64,000 nucleotides of DNA from the human T2T-CHM13v2.0 reference genome, Homo sapiens, in assembly GCF_009914755.1 (NCBI RefSeq), contig NC_060933.1. The stretch is one strand, 5' to 3'. Below, piece after piece: positions 13,733-28,050 of this stretch (the first letter of the stretch is position 1; every line of letters starts with the position of its first letter). Made by a program: the position numbers and the translations under genes. A model generated the notes under the pieces. That model was not told where the DNA came from. It ran no database searches and worked only from the letters and a program-made list of their open reading frames with translations.

Positions 13733-15401
13733 CAGTGTACTTAAAAACACATTTTAAATGATAATGTGACTTAAATGTCTCTCAATAATGGGATAAAGCA
13801 ATTTTTCTTCAGTGATCTATCCTAGATCTGAAGAAAAGAGAATTATCACCCATCATTTGCTAACCAGCAACCAGTATTTAAGGCTCTAGGACTATAAGCA
13901 CTCTACACTTTGGAAAGCTCGTCAGGTCAGACAATCATTTTAAAGATTTTTGAGTATCAAATGTGTAATCTGACAACATCCTCTTTTTGAAAAGTAGGTT
14001 TTCTTCCTACTGAACAAATGCAGCTTGAAAATAGGAATAGCCAAAGTCTTGAGTATATTTCACTTTAATGCTTATCAGCAAAATGACTAATGGTCCTACA
14101 TTTCAATGACAAAATAATTTTGGACATTACTACATAAAAATAGGGAAATGTTCCTCAAATATATAATAAAATTTCAGAACTCAAATTCTGTCCCGTACTT
14201 ACCTAGAAAAACAAGCACATAAATAAAATGTAATTTTTTTCTGGTTCAGGAAATGGTCGCATCTCTCTTTTCTTTAACTTTTATAAGTTTAAGTTTTAGA
14301 TATGTAAAAGGGAGAAATGTCAATAAACCGAACTGCATTAGAGACGTATTTTACTGTTCCACTTTAAATATGGAAAGACTTCTAAGACAACTGGGCAGAG
14401 CAAACTCCCACAAGGGTGTGGTTTCTATGGAGCCCCTCTTTCATACAAGGCCTACATATGGCACCTGTTCAGAAGCTGCATATCAGAGATGTCTTTAGGA
14501 CTTTACTCAAAAGGTACTGATGGAAGATGCAAAGTGGGGAGAGAGAATTCTTTCCCTTCCCTGCATGCCTGGAGGTATTCATAGCCTACCATGAAGATGA
14601 AAATTGTGTGGCTGTATTGTTAGATATATAGTTTTCAAGCATGAGGGGTCATTTCTTTCAGATATTTTAGCATGCTTTTGAAAAGGGCTATTTACACTAT
14701 ACACACAGGCCTTAATACAATCTGGTTTATGGCTAATTAGTTCAACTGGTTGTAGCACAGAGATTATAAATGTAAAGTTTATTTTAATCCCTTGTTTATT
14801 TATTCATTGATTTTGTATTTATTTTGATCCAGGTAATATTGTCCTTCCATTCAAAGCATACCATGTTTAATTGAGCAACTACTCAAAAATAAGTTATGCA
14901 TATAGACCAAGAGAAACTTGCACAAATTAGTGTAAAGAAATAACTGAATGTAGAAGTATAAATAAAGGAAAAACAGTTCTGTTGAGGAGCCGTCTCTTTC
15001 AGAAGTTTTCTCTGGAAGAACCCCAAGCTGAGCAAAGTTCTTTCTTATTGCTAGACAATAGAATTCTTGGCATTTCTTTCTTTACTTCCTCTCTTGTATT
15101 TATTTTTATATGTGAGTTTTCCTAAATTTGTACTATTATTCCATGGAACACAAGGCACAGCAGAAGCTCTTTGAATATGGATTCCCTGATCAAATTAGGC
15201 TGGCATATTATAATAGAGTCTCATCTTCAGGAATGAATGCATCTTAGCACATTCGACTATATAAGAAGTAGTGCAAACAAAGTAACATTTTTTTTAAAAC
15301 CCTGAATATTTTCAGCAACTCTTATTCAGGAAAGGGACACAACTATCATTAGCTTTATCCTACCAGTAATTATAAATATCCCTTGGGACCAACATTACTC
15401 T

Positions 15402-15878
15402 ATTAGTGAGGGATAGTATTGGCCTGTGAGTAAATGAAAACACAAACAGACCCATAAACAAATTACATGTGCATGTATTTATTTTTTTTTCTATGTAACA
15501 AAAATTCTGGAAAGTAGCTGTTCTTAGTTTGAGGTTAGTGGCTCATGTGTATATTAAAGCCTTGATATGTGATATTATCTTAACATTTTCCTCATGTCTC
15601 CATGAAGGAACCAGTAGTTCTAGCTATCAAATCCATTTTCTATGCAAAAGAGAGAAGAAAATGAGAAAGAAGAAAGGTAATTTTCTGAAAAGCCTCAGCA
15701 AACTTTAGTTTATTGCTCATTGGTTGCAGCAAAGTCACAGAGAAATCTTTACTGCAAAGAAGTAGGGGAATTTTTTTTTTTAATTTTACATATTTTCACC
15801 TAGGAAAATATCAGGGTCTATTAGTTAAAAGTGAGGAAAGAACAAATATTGTATAAACAATTGGTACTAATTGACACA
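15402..15878 (-). mobile_element. Ancient MaLR LTR (MLT1J/K-like)
   Basis: 'agcctcagcaaacttt...ctcattggttgcagcaaagtcaca...actgcaaagaag' and 'tcagggtctattagt...gacaca' resemble antisense MLT1J/K. Confidence 0.55.
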
Positions 15879-18800
15879 ATTTCCTGGGTCAAAATATGGA
15901 AAGCATTATATGCCTTTCTAGGAGAGGATCCATTTTTATTGAATGTTGCATCCTTATCAATGAAGCATAATAGATAGTCAATTAGTAATATTAATGTGAG
16001 CCCTATAGAAAGGGTTCTAGCAACATATAAAAGTATAGTTTGCAAGAGGTACATATGAATAACAATGTTTGCATTGTACAAAAACTTCAATGGCCAGATA
16101 GATGGATACATAGCAAAATAGGGAAAAATAGAAAATTCCCCATTACAACCCTAACTAGTATATTAAGGATATTAGCCATAGTTCTTGAAGCAAAATTTGA
16201 CCAAGTTTGACCAGCACTGTACAGGTAAGAGTTTTTTAATCGTGTGAGGGACCACTAAAGCTGTTAATGGAGGCAGGTCATCTGCTGTAGGGTTCATTAA
16301 GCCTCACCAAGACTCCAATATAATAGTCCTACAGGTCATATGACGCTTTTTCTCTAAGTGTAGGCTAACAAATAAACTTTCTTATTTCAAGTCAACCTAT
16401 AACATACCTCAATATCAACAGAAGAATTGGGGCAGGGTGGGGATGACAGAGAGCAACACATTTCTGCTAGTAGAAAAAGTTTCTCATTTACAATTTCACA
16501 AATTGTTCTCATTTTACAATTTTACAAATTATTCTAAGGTTTTATTGATTTATAGAATGTAGTTTGATTAATGGTTCTTACCAAGGGTTTTTTTTTTCTT
16601 TTAAGTCACTGCCAGATTTGGTGCTAAGTCTGTTTCCAGAACTGCAAAACTTTAGCACCAAAACTTGACCTCCAGTAGATACACAAAGATGTTACCATGC
16701 TCTAGAGTCTGTGAAAAACATTAGTCTTTTGATACCTTCTCAGATGTGAAAGCATTGCCTAATAAACATGTGTTTAGAGCAACTTTGACCTGTGAGATTA
16801 AAAAAATCTCATTCCCCTCTTCCCTGACACCTACCTTACACATAAGAAACACATATATGAATAATATATTTATAGTATATGCTTCATTCTAGTGTCTTTT
16901 TCTATATAAGTAGTATTGTGTACCATCAAGACATTCATCACATAACTGTAGACATAACAAACATATACATATATGTTATATATATATATATAAGTGTACA
17001 TATAGCAACACTTGGTGAATTTAAAAATATAGAAGAGGTGGAAGATGCTAAGCAATGGAGGAAGTAACAATGACAGATTGCTGTATTTTTAAAGATGAAT
17101 ACTGTTATTTTATCTTCCATCTCTTGGTGCTATATGAGGAATAACATGATATTTGGTTGGGATCGTGTTTTAATAGAGATGTAGTTGCATGGTAATTTCA
17201 GTAATGGATTTCTCTAAGTTTGTAATCAATCATGAGCTAAAGACATGTTTACAAACATGATAATTCAGATTAATCTGATGGGCTATTGAGAGAGAGAAAA
17301 GACAGAGCTCTAGCAGTTGCTGTGGGTGGAAAACATTTTATGAGCCTCTCACAGCTCTGAGACAGTGAACCTCCGCTTTTTAAAAAGCTTAAAAAAAGAG
17401 GTAAACAAAATTTAAATTAGAATACTTAACCATATTTAAAGTTGGGCAAAAGTCTGGGAAGTGACAGAAACTCATATATTAATTGACTCAAGATTAGAAC
17501 ATATGCGGAATGAGCTTTCCTTTTAAATGTAAGTAATCTTTTACTCTCTATATATAAGTTGTTGCTTTTTCTCCTCCTAAGAATAAGGAGAACTTGGCTA
17601 TCAATCATACACAGAAGGAGATACTCTCTGCCACCCAGCTATTAAATGAAGAAATGTACATTTTCTACTTCATATATCAGGCCTACTGATATATTTTCAT
17701 CTATGGCATCAATCACTATAGGAGCTTAAGTACTTGAAAATGGGAACCCAAGGGGCTCAGCCACCACCAATGAGGGCTCAGCTGTTCTGTGAAAGCCTGG
17801 AAAAGTGAAACATCTGAAAGACCTAAAAATACAGCTTAGAGTCTCAGCGTAAGCACTGACCATGTGGTGTCCCTGGCTCCTGGAATCACACAGAGGATTT
17901 GAATAACTTGTGCAAATTCTAAAGACAAAGAAAAAAGTGGTAGCACTGAGTTTCTCACTAGTGATTTCCAGAATGTGAAGGAAACCAGGCATCCTTTGCC
18001 ACTAGATTAACTTTGAGCAACATCTGTAGAATGCTGGGAGATGTGTGCACTCCAGGAGAACTGCCAATGTCACAGACAAAAGGTTTCAGCATAATTATAA
18101 AGTCTCCATGGGGGAAAGAAGCACAGTATCTCACTGGAGAAATGGAAATGATCTTTAGGACACTGTTAATGTGCATAAAATTCTGGATAGCAACCAACTG
18201 TGAACACATAACCATTAAATCGCAAAGGAAAATAAGAGAAAAAAATTGCATGTGTCTGCTTTGAACATTTTCCACAAGCAACTTCATGTATGAGACAATT
18301 ATGGCAAGTTTAAATTTTGTGGTTTTGTTCAATTCAAAAGGAAAGCTATTATATTAATTACATCAACTTATAGACACTTTGTCTTATCAATATATGTCCT
18401 GCGTAATACTCAGGATTATAGAATAATTGTTCTGTGTAGCATATAAAAACTGTCTCCTGGTATTCCTAATTCTTAACCATGTATTATTAACTAATGTAAG
18501 TACTGCTTTTAAAAGTAGTTGAACATAATGCAATGTTGTGTCAAATAACCCTGTTAGACTTCTACATCCAAACCGAACAGCCCTCTAATCACCGGTGAGA
18601 ATCTAGAGTTTCAGGAGTTGATTCCGATGAAGGATTAGCTTTTAACTAAAGGAAAAAAGGAAAGGGGAAAGTTGGGAAAATAGAAAAAAAATTGTCTATC
18701 ATTTAGTCTAAATTAATCCCCTTCTCCCCCATCCTTGCAAGACAAAGTGGCTATGCTACAGGATGAAGGTAGCAGGACTCATTCCAGCAGAGATTAGGTG

Positions 18801-19559
18801 CAACTTGGAGTATGTACGTAGCAATATAAGAGTCAGGCTGAGAACTACAGAGAGAACTTGACACAGATCATTATGTTTAGACCCCTGAGGGCCATGTCCC
18901 TATCCGTCAGTGTATATCCACTCCAGAAGATTATCTCCCTTCCTTAAGGAGATTCTAGTCTGAGAGTATAAATCCTTAGCTCTAGGAAAAGCCATGTGTA
19001 CTTCTATGTTGTTTGTCTTCTTCATAAAAACTATCTGATAATTCTTGGGAGTATTCCACTGTACTTCCAGAGAAGAGACCAGGTTTTAAAAAGATTTTTT
19101 TTTAATTTAGATTAAAAGGTAATGAAAAAATAATGGTTCACAGAACAATTCCCTCCTCCCAACCAATGTGTCTTCTATCATTCCTCAAAATTGTTACCCC
19201 AACTTTATTGTGTTACCCATCCTCATCTTTCCTTTAAGCATAGTGCCTTGAACGTTTCCAAGTATTTCACCCCTCTGGCAGGATTGATGAGGATGGATAG
19301 GTTGGATCCCATCAGTGACATTTTCAGAACAATGAAATCTAAGTGCATCACAGATGAAAGAAGAGAAAAGTGACTTAAGGGACTGTCTGATTACAAATGC
19401 AAATGCAAAGCTGCTCCTGACAATAACCCATTGCTAATCAATTTCCTATAACTTTCACTACAGTTTCCTATTCCAAACATTCTTCACTATCCACAAGTCC
19501 CCTTTGCTAAACTATTAACTGACAAAATAAATCAAGTACTTTCTTTTCTACATATATAA

Positions 19560-19630
19560 TTTTTTAAATTTAGATTCAGAGGATACATGTACAGGTTTGC
19601 TACATGGGTATTTTGCGTGATGCTGAGGTG
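19560..19630 (-). mobile_element. Short L1 3'-end fragment (L1PA15/16-type)
   Basis: 'tttagattcagaggatacatgtacaggtttgctacatgggtattttgcgtgatgctgaggt'. Confidence 0.75.
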
Positions 19631-20030
19631 TAATTTGGATTTCCTTTAAGCAGAGTCTGACATGATGATTTGGGTGAAGTTAGTCTAGGATTTAATTCCA
19701 GGAAACAGAAGTGAGGGAGTAGGGAAGGATGAAAGACAATAAAGTGTGCTTCACTGAGCTGGTTGCTGATTTAGGCAAATGGAAATCAATCTTTTTGGAG
19801 ACCCTCTGAGGAGTCCTGTAGAACCTACCTCAGAATTACCACACTGAAAGACAGGAAGGCTGGTAAAATTAGACTCATTTCACCCATTGGTTGAAAATGG
19901 TCCTTGGGTGCACACAAACCCAAAGGCACATACACTTTGGAGCTGAGAGAGTGTGTTTTAGAGAAAGCCTAAGGCAAAAAAGCAGAAATACCCCATGATA
20001 TGTGCTTCAGGTGGGATGCTGGAAAGATGC
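19631..20030 (-). mobile_element. Ancient ERVL-class LTR (LTR33/LTR79-like)
   Basis: 'aagcagagtctgaca...gatttgggtgaagttagt...ccaggaaac...caataaagtgtg...tgtagaacctacctcagaatta...cccattggttga' resembles an antisense ERVL LTR. Confidence 0.5.
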
Positions 20031-20329
20031 AAAGAACTATCTATCTCAGCTTCAGCTCTTCTGAAATTGGTTGGGCAAAAGAAAGGTGCCACCAGTGGCC
20101 AGATATAAGCTTTTTCTCCACCTCTACCTCTCTTTCTAAATGTTATTCCACACATCATTACATATATTGGCATGGTTCCCATGGCCTTATTCACTTCGGT
20201 ATTAACTTTCATTCTCCTATGGCTGTACACTGTACACACATTTCTAAACTTGCCCTTCATAACCAAAACCAGGTCTCCCTTAATAGCATGGAGACTTTGA
20301 CACAACTCTGTCATTAAAATTACATATTA

Positions 20330-20637
20330 GGCTGAGTGCAGTGGCTCATGCCTGTAATCGCAGTCCTTTGAAAAGCCAAAGTGGGAGCATCACTTGAGGC
20401 CAGAAGTCCAAGACCAGCCTGGGCAACAGAGTGACACCCCCAACTCTGCAAAGAAACCTTAAAAAAAGTAGCCATGTATCGTGTCACACACTTGTAGTCC
20501 CAGCTACTTGGAAGGCTGAGGCAGGAGGATCCCTCATGTCCAGAGGTTCCAGGTTACAGTGAGCTATGATTATGCCACTGCACTCCAGTTTGGACTACAC
20601 AGGGAGACCTTGTCACCAAAAATAAAAAATAAAAATA
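20330..20637 (+). mobile_element. Alu SINE, AluJ family
   Basis: J-type features ('gaggatc', 'gagctatgat', 'gagaccttgtc'), A-rich tail, TSD aaaattacatatt at 20316 and 20638. Confidence 0.96.
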
Positions 20638-20674
20638 AAAATTACATATTTACCACCGTGATTCATGTTCCTTG

Positions 20675-21020
20675 TGCTATGGTTTGAATGTCTATGTTCC
20701 TCAAAAATATATATGTTGAAATCGTGACCCTGAAGGTGACAGTATTAGGGAGTAGAGACTTTTAAGAGGTGATTATGAAGGTCCTGAAGAAGAAGGCCTC
20801 ATGAATGGGAATTGTGCCTTTGTAAAACAGGCCCTAAAGAGCTGCCTTGCCCTCTCCACATGCATTAAGTCTATATCTATAAACCAGACATGGAATCTGC
20901 CAGTACCTTGATTTTGAAATTTCCTGGCTCTATTATAGAATTATAAGAAATAAACTTCTGTTGTTTACAAGTTACCCAGTCTATGGCATTTTGCTACAGT
21001 ACCTTGAATGAACTAAGACA
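20675..21020 (+). mobile_element. Solo MaLR LTR (MLT1A/MLT1A0-like)
   Basis: 'tgctatggtttgaatgtc' start, 'aataaacttctgttgttta' and 'gaactaagaca' end; TSD ccttg/acttg. Confidence 0.88.
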
Positions 21021-22624
21021 ACTTGCTTCCCACTATTGCTTCCAGACCATTCATGTTGGGCTTTGGCAGGATCCAAGCTGAGAAAGTACCAGCATATGCC
21101 CAGAAAAAAAACTAGTGAAAAATGACTTTACATTATTCAGAATCCTGAGACTTGAAACATGCTGTCTTTCATTTCTACCATGTTTGGTTACTACTTCAAG
21201 TACTCCCTTTCTGCACATTCATCCACTCAGTCGAATTTTCTACTTTGCATGCATGTTTTCAACACCTAATGCCAAATCACTTCTCTATGGAGGTGCTTTG
21301 GAGTCTTCAAGCAAACATCTCTCCCACAAATTTTCAAAGGATTCATGTTATATCACTTGGCTCAAATGAATGATTGTCTCTTTTTATTAGTACAATTTTG
21401 CAGTCATTTCAAGAGGTTCATCCTCCTATTCACACTGTTAATGGAGTTTTGAGGTGGTGGTATCATTTTTTTGTAACTCCAAGTTAGTGTGTGCAGGCCA
21501 TTCGACACTAATAGAACAGAAAACCAAGCTTTTTTATCTGTATTAAGAATTTAAGGTATCATCATTCCAGTCCAAAAGTTTCTAAATTCTCTAAATATGA
21601 ATGAGCTATCACACCATGCTTTTGGATACCTATTGCTCCCCAAACTCTTAATTTTGCAATCACAGAGAATTTCTTGAGTGCTGAAACCTTAAACTCCATC
21701 ATGCTCTTGACCCAAACTTATTATTTCACACTCTTCTCATTCTTCTGTCTTTTTTTTCTACATGATCATGTGTAACAGTGTCTTGACCCTTTTGTTAAGT
21801 TTTTCAGTTTTTCCTCCTATCTCCAGCCATCTTAGAATCCCATAATGCATCACATTTATATCCCTACCACTGTGGACGCTACATCAACCAATTGCTCTTT
21901 CCTCTCTCCCACTTCCATTCTGTTGTCAAAAAATAACATATCTGAATGCAAGAGGAGCACTGCAGATTTATGGCAGGAGATTTCTATTTCCTTTCAGTCT
22001 TCTAGAGAAAAGAGAAAGAAGTGGCCATTCTGCTCTCCCATGGAAAGAAAAAAAAAACTCACATTGGATAAGCAACAGGATCTTCACATGGCAACAGCAC
22101 AGGTTGAGGCATTCCTATCTTCTCTGTATGGAAAAAAGGAAACCTATTCTTGTCCTAAATTGGGTCCCATGACTCTCCCAATAGATACAATCCAGTTTCT
22201 GGAGATTCATGTTGCTTGATATAGTAGTCTTGATGATGGAGTTTATGATGACTATTTGTCCTAGGGTAGATTTATTTACAGTTCAAAGTGGGACACAAGA
22301 ATTCAGCTGAGGCAGTCTGTGCCTCCAGTTGACCATTCCCTGAGCCCATCATAGTGATCACTAGCAACATCTCCATGCTGAGAATCACAGAAGCACATCT
22401 GGATTTGTTATATTCCTGTCCATCCAGCCTAAGGAGGAGAGAATGTAGTAGGATACAGCACAGTCCCCACCCAGGCAGAAAGCAAAGTAATAATTGCATG
22501 TGGAAGATCATTTATGAGCATATCTTAGATCCTAGCAGAAAATGAAAAACACCTAGAAGGCTGAAACTTTTGTGATTATGCTTGAGATGGGTCAAGTCAT
22601 AGACTCATATGTTAACAATCTTTA

Positions 22625-23200
22625 TTTTTTTTTTTTTTTACTTAAAGATGTAATGGTTATACAGGAAAAAAATCCTACACATAAAATAGTTCACAAAAAA
22701 TAATTAAAATTCTCATCCCTGAGTTGTATTCCAAAAAGAAACAGCTATAACTTGTTTGTTATGTATACCTCCAGAGATTTTTCCAAAATATGCAAGTATG
22801 TACATATTCTCTCCAAGGATAGACATTCACCTGTGTACTTTCTTTTTATAACACAAAATCATTTCATATGCAACTGAGTTTCATCTGGCTTTATTTACTT
22901 GTCAATATATTTTAGGACTCTTTCTAAAGTGGCACGTATAAATCAAACAAATCCAATTCATTTTAAGAACTGTGAATATATATGTATACACACATATATT
23001 CAAAGAGAGAGAGAAGGAGAAAGAACTATGCAGCTAGTTTTCTTATTAATAATGTTTATAGTGTTTTAAAATCTTCCAGTTACACAAATTAGTCAATGAA
23101 TGTAATTAATATATGTTTTTACTCACTTGTACAGCTATATCTGTTAGATTTATACAGTTTAAATTACTGAGTTAAAGTATGCTAAAAATTTACATTTTGG
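22625..23200 (-). mobile_element. Ancient L1ME-type 3' fragment
   Basis: Diverged antisense L1M 3' motifs ('tatgtatacctccagagattttt', 'ctggctttatttactt...aatatatttt', 'aattactgagttaaag'). Confidence 0.45.
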
Positions 23201-23926
23201 TAAACTCAGTTTCTGGGAGACTGCTGTTTTTAATTTTTTCTACCAATATTGTTCTTTAATATCCCCTTTATTATATTTTCTTGGATAAGTAGTGTGGGAA
23301 ACATGTTTGACCTGATTTCCATACAAGAACATCACAAAGTTACATTTCTTAATCTCTTAATCCCATGCAAATGTCCATCCCAAATCTACTGGATTAAGAG
23401 CTTTTAATGATGAGACCTTTTAGTGTATAACTCAACCCTTTCTGCATGCCGTTAAACTCTACTGTTCCTTGCCCTTAAATGGAAATATGTTTCCTCACTT
23501 AAATTGGCTCTTTTTCAGGATGTTACTTTTTCCCCAATGGATTTTACTTCTCTGGTGAAGTCATTCAATAATCTCATGGACCTTTAGCTTGTTCACCTGA
23601 ACAAAATAGAAGCAGCAAACTATAAATAATTTCCAGGACCATTTCCAGGTGCAATCTTCTTAGCTCCATACTTTTTCATATCTGTGTGGCTTTAAAACAT
23701 ACTTAGAAACTTTCAGAGTAATTACTCTCTTCCCTTATTAATTTAAATATTCCAGCTCAATTTTTCTGATCATTGAATATTATCCACAGTTTTTTCTTTA
23801 ACCCTCTAGTTTCATAACAGCATCAGGTATTTGAGAATTCCAATTTCCAGGATAATATATTATTTGACCTTTGCTATTAACATTTTTATACATCCCTAAA
23901 GATGATTAACAGGTTTATACATTTCT

Positions 23927-24237
<311 letters not shown>

Positions 24238-25354
24238 TATACATTTCTAAAGATCATGATGTCTACCATTTAGATAAGAATGTGTTAGAGTAGTGATTAA
24301 ATTGCCACCCATTTCCATTGCTCTAAATTATGAAATTGTTATAATTTATTTGACTGGTCCAGCTAGAGTCTTTGTAAAAGATCAGTTAAAAACAAACAAC
24401 ACACAAAAAACCTTTAAACTACTGTCAGAAAACCTTTCCACTGCAACCTAAAATATCTAAAAATGACCTGATTCCAAATCCTATATTATCCAATTTTTAC
24501 ATAGCTAAAACCAAGCCTTATATATTTGTCAAAGTAAGGAGTATGTTGTGGTGCTTCCAGAAGAAAATAAAAGACAAACTCATTAGTTACAGGTACAACA
24601 AATAAAATTCGCAAAACGTTTTATCATATACCTAAAGAATGGTTATCTTACTTCAAATTGTATCAATAGGAAGGAAGATATTACCTATTACACAATAGCA
24701 GTTAGTCTTCAGATGTGTTTCAAACTTAACTGGGGGTATTCCCTTGCAGGTCTGGGCTGAAATCCAAGCTATTAGGAGCACTTGGGTTTTTGCAGCCCTA
24801 GCATGCCTTTCCCCACCTCCAAAACTACATTCGATCAAACAAGATTAGGGTAAACCAGTCTCCTACAAAAGGCAAGAATACTCAACATTCTAATTACCGG
24901 CCTTGAAAATGTATTCCTTTTTGCACACAGACAAATCCTTTTTATTACATGAAAACAAATATGCCCTGAAATTTGGAATACTCAGATAATTTTAAAAATT
25001 GAAAAGAAGTTTTACAAACAAGTGCTAGAAAAAAACCACAAAACTCAATCATCAGAATAAACACTGCCAAACAAATAAGAAACTAGATTCCTCTAAGATT
25101 CTTTCAAGTAAAAGACATTGTAAATATTGAGTACTAAGAAAATATCAAATTAGTGAATAAAATAAAAAGGTCATGGTGGGGCAGAAGAATAAAGAGCGTG
25201 AAGAGAATAGAGAAAATACAGGGAAATGTATGCTAGTGAAGTAAAAATGAAATAGCATAGTTGATGAGAATACATATTAATTATAAACCTTCAGATTACA
25301 ACAAATTTCAGTAACAAAATAGTTTTTAAAACATAAATACCTTTTGCAACTGTT

Positions 25355-25750
25355 TTTTATACTTCTGAGGCCTCATCCTAAAAAGTTATCTGAGACTGCA
25401 ATCAGTATTTGCAACCAAAGATGTTTACTCAATAGTATTTTTGTAGTAAAAACAAACAAAAAATAGGACTGATCTAAATGTCAAACTTTAGAGAAATTAC
25501 TAAGTAGATCATTTCCTATCAATATAATAGCTATACAAAATGTTAGGTAGAAATGTAAAATAATTCGAAATTTTACAATGTATGTGATCTTAATAGAGTG
25601 GTAAATATTTAGGAAAAAAAAACATGGAAGGAGATATGCTAAACCTGGTTACAAATGGGGGATATTATGAAAACAGTGTTTTTCCATGACACTATATCAT
25701 TTTAGGTATATTTTATATTTTCTATAGGGCACATATATTACTAACATTCC
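25355..25750 (+). mobile_element. Ancient L1ME-type fragment
   Basis: 'acttctgagg...atcctaaaaag...aaagatgtttactc...gatctaaatgtcaaac' resembles the L1M ORF2 end and 3' UTR. Confidence 0.4.
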
Positions 25751-26384
25751 TATTTAAAATGCAAGGAAAAACGTAGAAAATACTGAGAGTCACGTGGTGA
25801 TACAACGTAATTAAAGAAAGGCCCTCAAAAGTTTAAAAGTCCTTAATAATTGTTACTTTTCCTGTTTTTAATCCCTAGGCTCAAATTTTGTTGACTTTAA
25901 CAGAGCCCTGAAATCGCACCAATAAGTATTTTGTTGACAATTATTTTTACAAGATCTTGAGTTTTTAATGAACATCTAAAAACAGGAGGAACACATTTAA
26001 CAACAGGTGTGGGCAGATAAATGGATTAAAATCTAAATATGAGATTAATTATATTTTAGAAATGTACTGCGGGAAGATGGATTGGTACAATACAGTAAAA
26101 ATACTTCAACTAATTTTAAGCAACAGATAGTGATTTGCTATCCAATACAATCAAGAGTGAAAAAAATGCTAACTTGGTTAGAAACGTTGAAAAAATAATA
26201 CAAAGAAAACGGGTAAGTACAAGTAATATATCAGTTAAATAGCAGACATCCTATGAAATTACGGATATACCAGGTGGACAACATTCCTGTATGGTTATAT
26301 TACTTATGAAAAACAGGCTGAATTTACTTGTAATTCAGGTTTTCAAGCACATAATTGAAATTACACCATGGCTTTCATTACAAA

Positions 26385-27110
26385 GGACCATTTGATTAAA
26401 AGAAATGCAACCCAGTCAAATTAGTAGAAATAACAGAAGATTTATATTAAGGAAACAAAAAACATGGGATGGAAAGAATTTCATAGATATTGTAAAGTCA
26501 TAAGCATCTGTTTTCTGCTTCTCTTTTTCTCTGTCTCTCATTTAAAAGGATGCCCCATCCTATGAAAGGATTTAAAAAAATAAAATGTCAACATAACACA
26601 GTATTGTCAAAAGATTAGCAGAGAGAGTGAATACCTGTCTCCAACGCAGCATTCTTTCTCTCTTTCTCCCTCTCTCCTCCCTCTCCCTAACCTTTCTCTT
26701 TCATTGTTATGTTTGATTTTGTTTTTGTTTTTTCCTTTTACTGGGCTGCACAACTCAGCAAAATGTAAACCTGCTTAAGTTAGATCCAGCTTTCCCATAA
26801 CTTGTTATTCACAAAGTTTTCACTGCTGCTCTGCTATCACTGTCCCCAAATCTCCAAACCTGTACAGTTTCAGTGCTTCCAAAACTTTGAGTATATTTCT
26901 GTGTTCCTGGTTCAAATTTTCAAAAGAGAAATCTGATGGGCTCAGCTTAGATTAAATGTTTACCCCTGGACCAGTCTACTGCAGCAACATATGGAATTAC
27001 CTTAGAAAAACGTAGGCAGCTGGGATAACTCCTCGGGAAGGGCTAAGGAGGTCATTTCCAAAGAGAAGGCATACAGTTTGCAGAAGAAGTGTTTCAGACT
27101 TCTCTACTAC
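26385..27110 (-). mobile_element. Ancient MaLR LTR (MLT1L/M/N-like)
   Basis: 'agagaaatctgatgggctcagcttagattaaatgtttacccctggaccagtc' is a typical antisense MLT1 motif; boundaries are approximate. Confidence 0.45.
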
Positions 27111-27176
27111 ATAGCATATATATTTATGTCACGTTCTAAGAAGCATGTAAATGTTTTATAGCAAAATTATTATCAT

Positions 27177-27349
27177 CAGGACTGTTTTAATGAGCCTGTG
27201 ACCTGTGCAATTTGCACAGCATTCTGCACAGAGAAGAGCCCAACACATGTGCTCTGTTGGAATCTTGTTGAAATTCTTAATACTACTGGAACAAATGGCC
27301 CCTGCATTTTCATTTCATACTGGACTCATAATTTCTATGGTTGTATCTG
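27177..27349. mobile_element. MER91-like hAT-Tip100 element
   Basis: 'gcctgtgacctgtgcaattt...gaaattcttaata...gaacaaatggcccctgcattttcatttcatactgg'. Confidence 0.6.
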
Positions 27350-27859
27350 ACTACAGTCCTTGCTACTGAAATGCACAAATTCCTTAAACTGGACAAGGCT
27401 AATATGCTGAAAGAGTGCCCTTTTTGACTCCTTCAGACTTAGTGCCCCAAAGAACAGAAGATAAAAGTAGTCACTGACATTCTAAAACAGTAATTTAAGA
27501 CTATGCTAATACACTCAATATATTGAAGTATCACCATTTATCTTAAATTGTATTAAAATCCAATCATCTTTGATATAGATCATTTTAGATGGGATATTAA
27601 TTATAAGTAGATGATGGAGGAAAAAATAATAAAAGTTTCAGAGTCCTGGTAAAAGTAATTTGACTTTAAGATTCTTGATAATATTCCTGAATCCCTAGTG
27701 TTTAGCAAATCCACCAAGGAGATGTACCTTCATACACATTTCATCATGTTGTCTGAACCTTCTCTGACCCCTCTCCAACCTCTCCAGCTTGAGAACACAG
27801 TAGGTGCAGCTACTTAGCCATGTGGCCTTGGGCAAGCTACTTAACATTTCTCAGCCTAG

Positions 27860-28050
27860 TTAATTTATTACAGCATTTACCATGATGTTTTACAATTTAT
27901 GTCACTTTTTGTCTACCTACCAGACTATTTGGTAGGTTCTTCCCAAAGGGGGGAGTTTCTTTTTTATTTTTGTATTGCAAGTGCTAAATACAGTGACCAG
28001 CACATAGTACAACCTTTACAAGTGTTTGAAGAATGGATGGATGAATGGAT
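27860..28050 (+). mobile_element. L2 3' end, preceded by a MIR core fragment (~27805-27858)
   Basis: 'acagtgaccagcacatagta...tgtttgaagaatggatggatgaatg' is the L2 terminus. Confidence 0.6.

Noticed and set aside
16617-16662. 11-bp inverted repeat (tttggtgctaa/ttagcaccaaa) as a miRNA or MITE
   Set aside because: The stem is too short for a pre-miRNA and I see no TSD. Similar short hairpins at 56281-56308 and ~57927-57979 are expected in AT-rich DNA.
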